64,000 nucleotides of DNA from Eledone cirrhosa (lineage: Eukaryota), in contig OZ024741.1 of assembly GCA_964016885.1 (NCBI GenBank), positions 3,658,001 through 3,722,000 on the forward strand. The letters run 5' to 3'. Each line of letters starts with the position of its first letter. Positions within the stretch are counted from its first letter, which is position 1. This document shows positions 62,760 to 64,000 of this stretch, in pieces. A program made the position numbers and the translations under genes. Below the pieces are notes generated by a model, which did no database searches, was not told the DNA's origin, and saw only the letters and a list, made by a program, of their open reading frames with translations.

Positions 62760-63836
62760 CCCTTTCGTTACCAAACGGCCCAAAGACGCCCGAAAAAAAT
62801 GTTGGTTCATGTGACCAAGCCACCCAAAACCGCCCGTACTCACACATTCATATTTAAATGAGAATATCAGAGCAAATCTCGTTAGTATATTCGTGAAAAC
62901 ACGTGATTATACTACGTAAACAATTGAGCTACAGTTTCGGACAAATATCGACGTTATTTTAATTCTGTGAATTTTGGGAGATTTTTTTTCAAAATTTGTT
63001 CCTGTTGTATTTTGAAAATTTTTAATTCTGACAAAAAATGGATACCAATTTCATTCAGTCAAGCAGCGAGTCAGAATTCGAAGGATTTTCTACTGAAGAC
63101 CTTGAAAAATCTAACTCTATAACTGAAAAAAAAAAAGCACGTGGTATTTGATAATGAATCCGATGTTTCATTTTCTGAGAGTGAAAGCAGTGAATCCGAG
63201 AGCTCCGATGACAGCGATAAAGAAAATGAATTGGCACCTGAATGGAGTAAAAATTTAAAAACTGTTTCTTTCAGTGATTTTTATGAAGAAACTGGACCAA
63301 GTCACAGTCTATCCCAGGAGAGCAAAGCTTTAGACTATTTCCTTTTACTTTTTCCTATGAGCTTGTTTGAAATTATTACGGTGGAAACAAACCGTTACGC
63401 TGAAAGTAAACAAAGCGAAAAAAAGGATAGTTTGTGGTTTCCCACAAGCTTAATTGAAATTAGGGCTTATTTTGCCATAAATATTATTATGGGCATTAGA
63501 AAGCTACCCAGAATTACAAATTACTGGAGTACCGATGAACCCTTTGGAGACGAATATGTCTCAAGTATAATGACGAGGACACGGTTTTTAAAATTGACGC
63601 AGTATTTACATGTAAGAGACGCGAGCTGTACACCAGTAAGTGGAGAACCAAACTATGATCCCTTATTTAAAATAAGACCCCTCATTGATTGTGTTCAAAA
63701 CACATACAAAACAGTTTACAAACCAGGGAGATATTTATCTATCAATGAGGGTATGGTGTGCTATAAAGGCTGAGTGCGTTTTCCACAATATATGCCAGGA
63801 AAGCCCACAAAATGGGGGATGAAAGTTTGGAAGATT
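62760..63836 (+). mobile_element. piggyBac transposon, left end and 5' half
   Basis: TTAA (62756-62759) followed by CCCTTTCGTTACC; downstream PGBD4-like transposase. Confidence 0.88.
63038..63836 (+). pseudogene. piggyBac (PGBD4-like) transposase pseudogene
   Basis: Acidic N-terminus, ETNRYA, YWSTD, MTRTRF, DPLFKIRPL, LSINEGM (first catalytic D reads N), KG* stop, QYMPGKPTKWGMKVW. Frameshift at the A-run near 63127; interrupted by an RTE. Confidence 0.9.
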
Positions 63837-64000
63837 TCATCATCATCATCATCATCATTTTACATCCACTTTTCCCTGCTTGCAAGGGTGGGACAGGAAC
63901 TGATTCTGGCTTGATTTCTACAGCTGGATGCCCTTCCTAACACCAACCTCATTTACAGTGAGTGCTGGGTGCTTTTTTGCCGTGGCACCTCCACGACCAC
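63837..64000 (-). mobile_element. RTE 3' end inserted into the piggyBac transposase; runs off the window
   Basis: (CAT)n tail, then CTGGCTTGATTTCTACAGCTGGATGCCCTTCCTAACACCAACCTCATTTACAGTGAGTGC as in subfamily B. Confidence 0.9.

Noticed and set aside
63141-63773. Domesticated PGBD gene
   Set aside because: A TIR is present, with a frameshift, premature stop, catalytic substitution and LINE interruption; this is a dead transposon.

Overview
Eukaryotic, repeat-dominated genomic DNA, probably an octopus-like cephalopod (inferred from the RTE LINE and SINE types; not provable from the window). One host gene can be assembled on the minus strand. It has seven phase-compatible GT-AG coding exons (41792-41874, 39769-39854, 38102-38308, 35207-35324, 10793-10956, 3227-3304, 1011-1152) encoding the middle and C-terminal part of LAS1L; the N-terminal Las1/HEPN exons lie beyond base 64000. 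The introns hold RTE-clade LINEs (APE endonuclease, RT, a C4HC3 PHD-type finger inside the RT, and a (GAT)n tail), a decayed mariner, a decayed piggyBac, tRNA-derived SINEs and at least eight minisatellites. Most striking is a 17.3-kb block (44748-62020) that splits a 26-bp minisatellite. It is a near-intact RTE whose 5' end runs into about 24.7 near-identical 544-bp monomers homologous to the 5' UTR of a sister RTE at 28760-29074. A 23-kb 48-bp satellite appears to derive from a piggyBac-type terminus, carries 11 co-amplified copies of one LINE tail, and has received three further RTE insertions. Nearly all other ORFs in the track are repeat or antisense artefacts.
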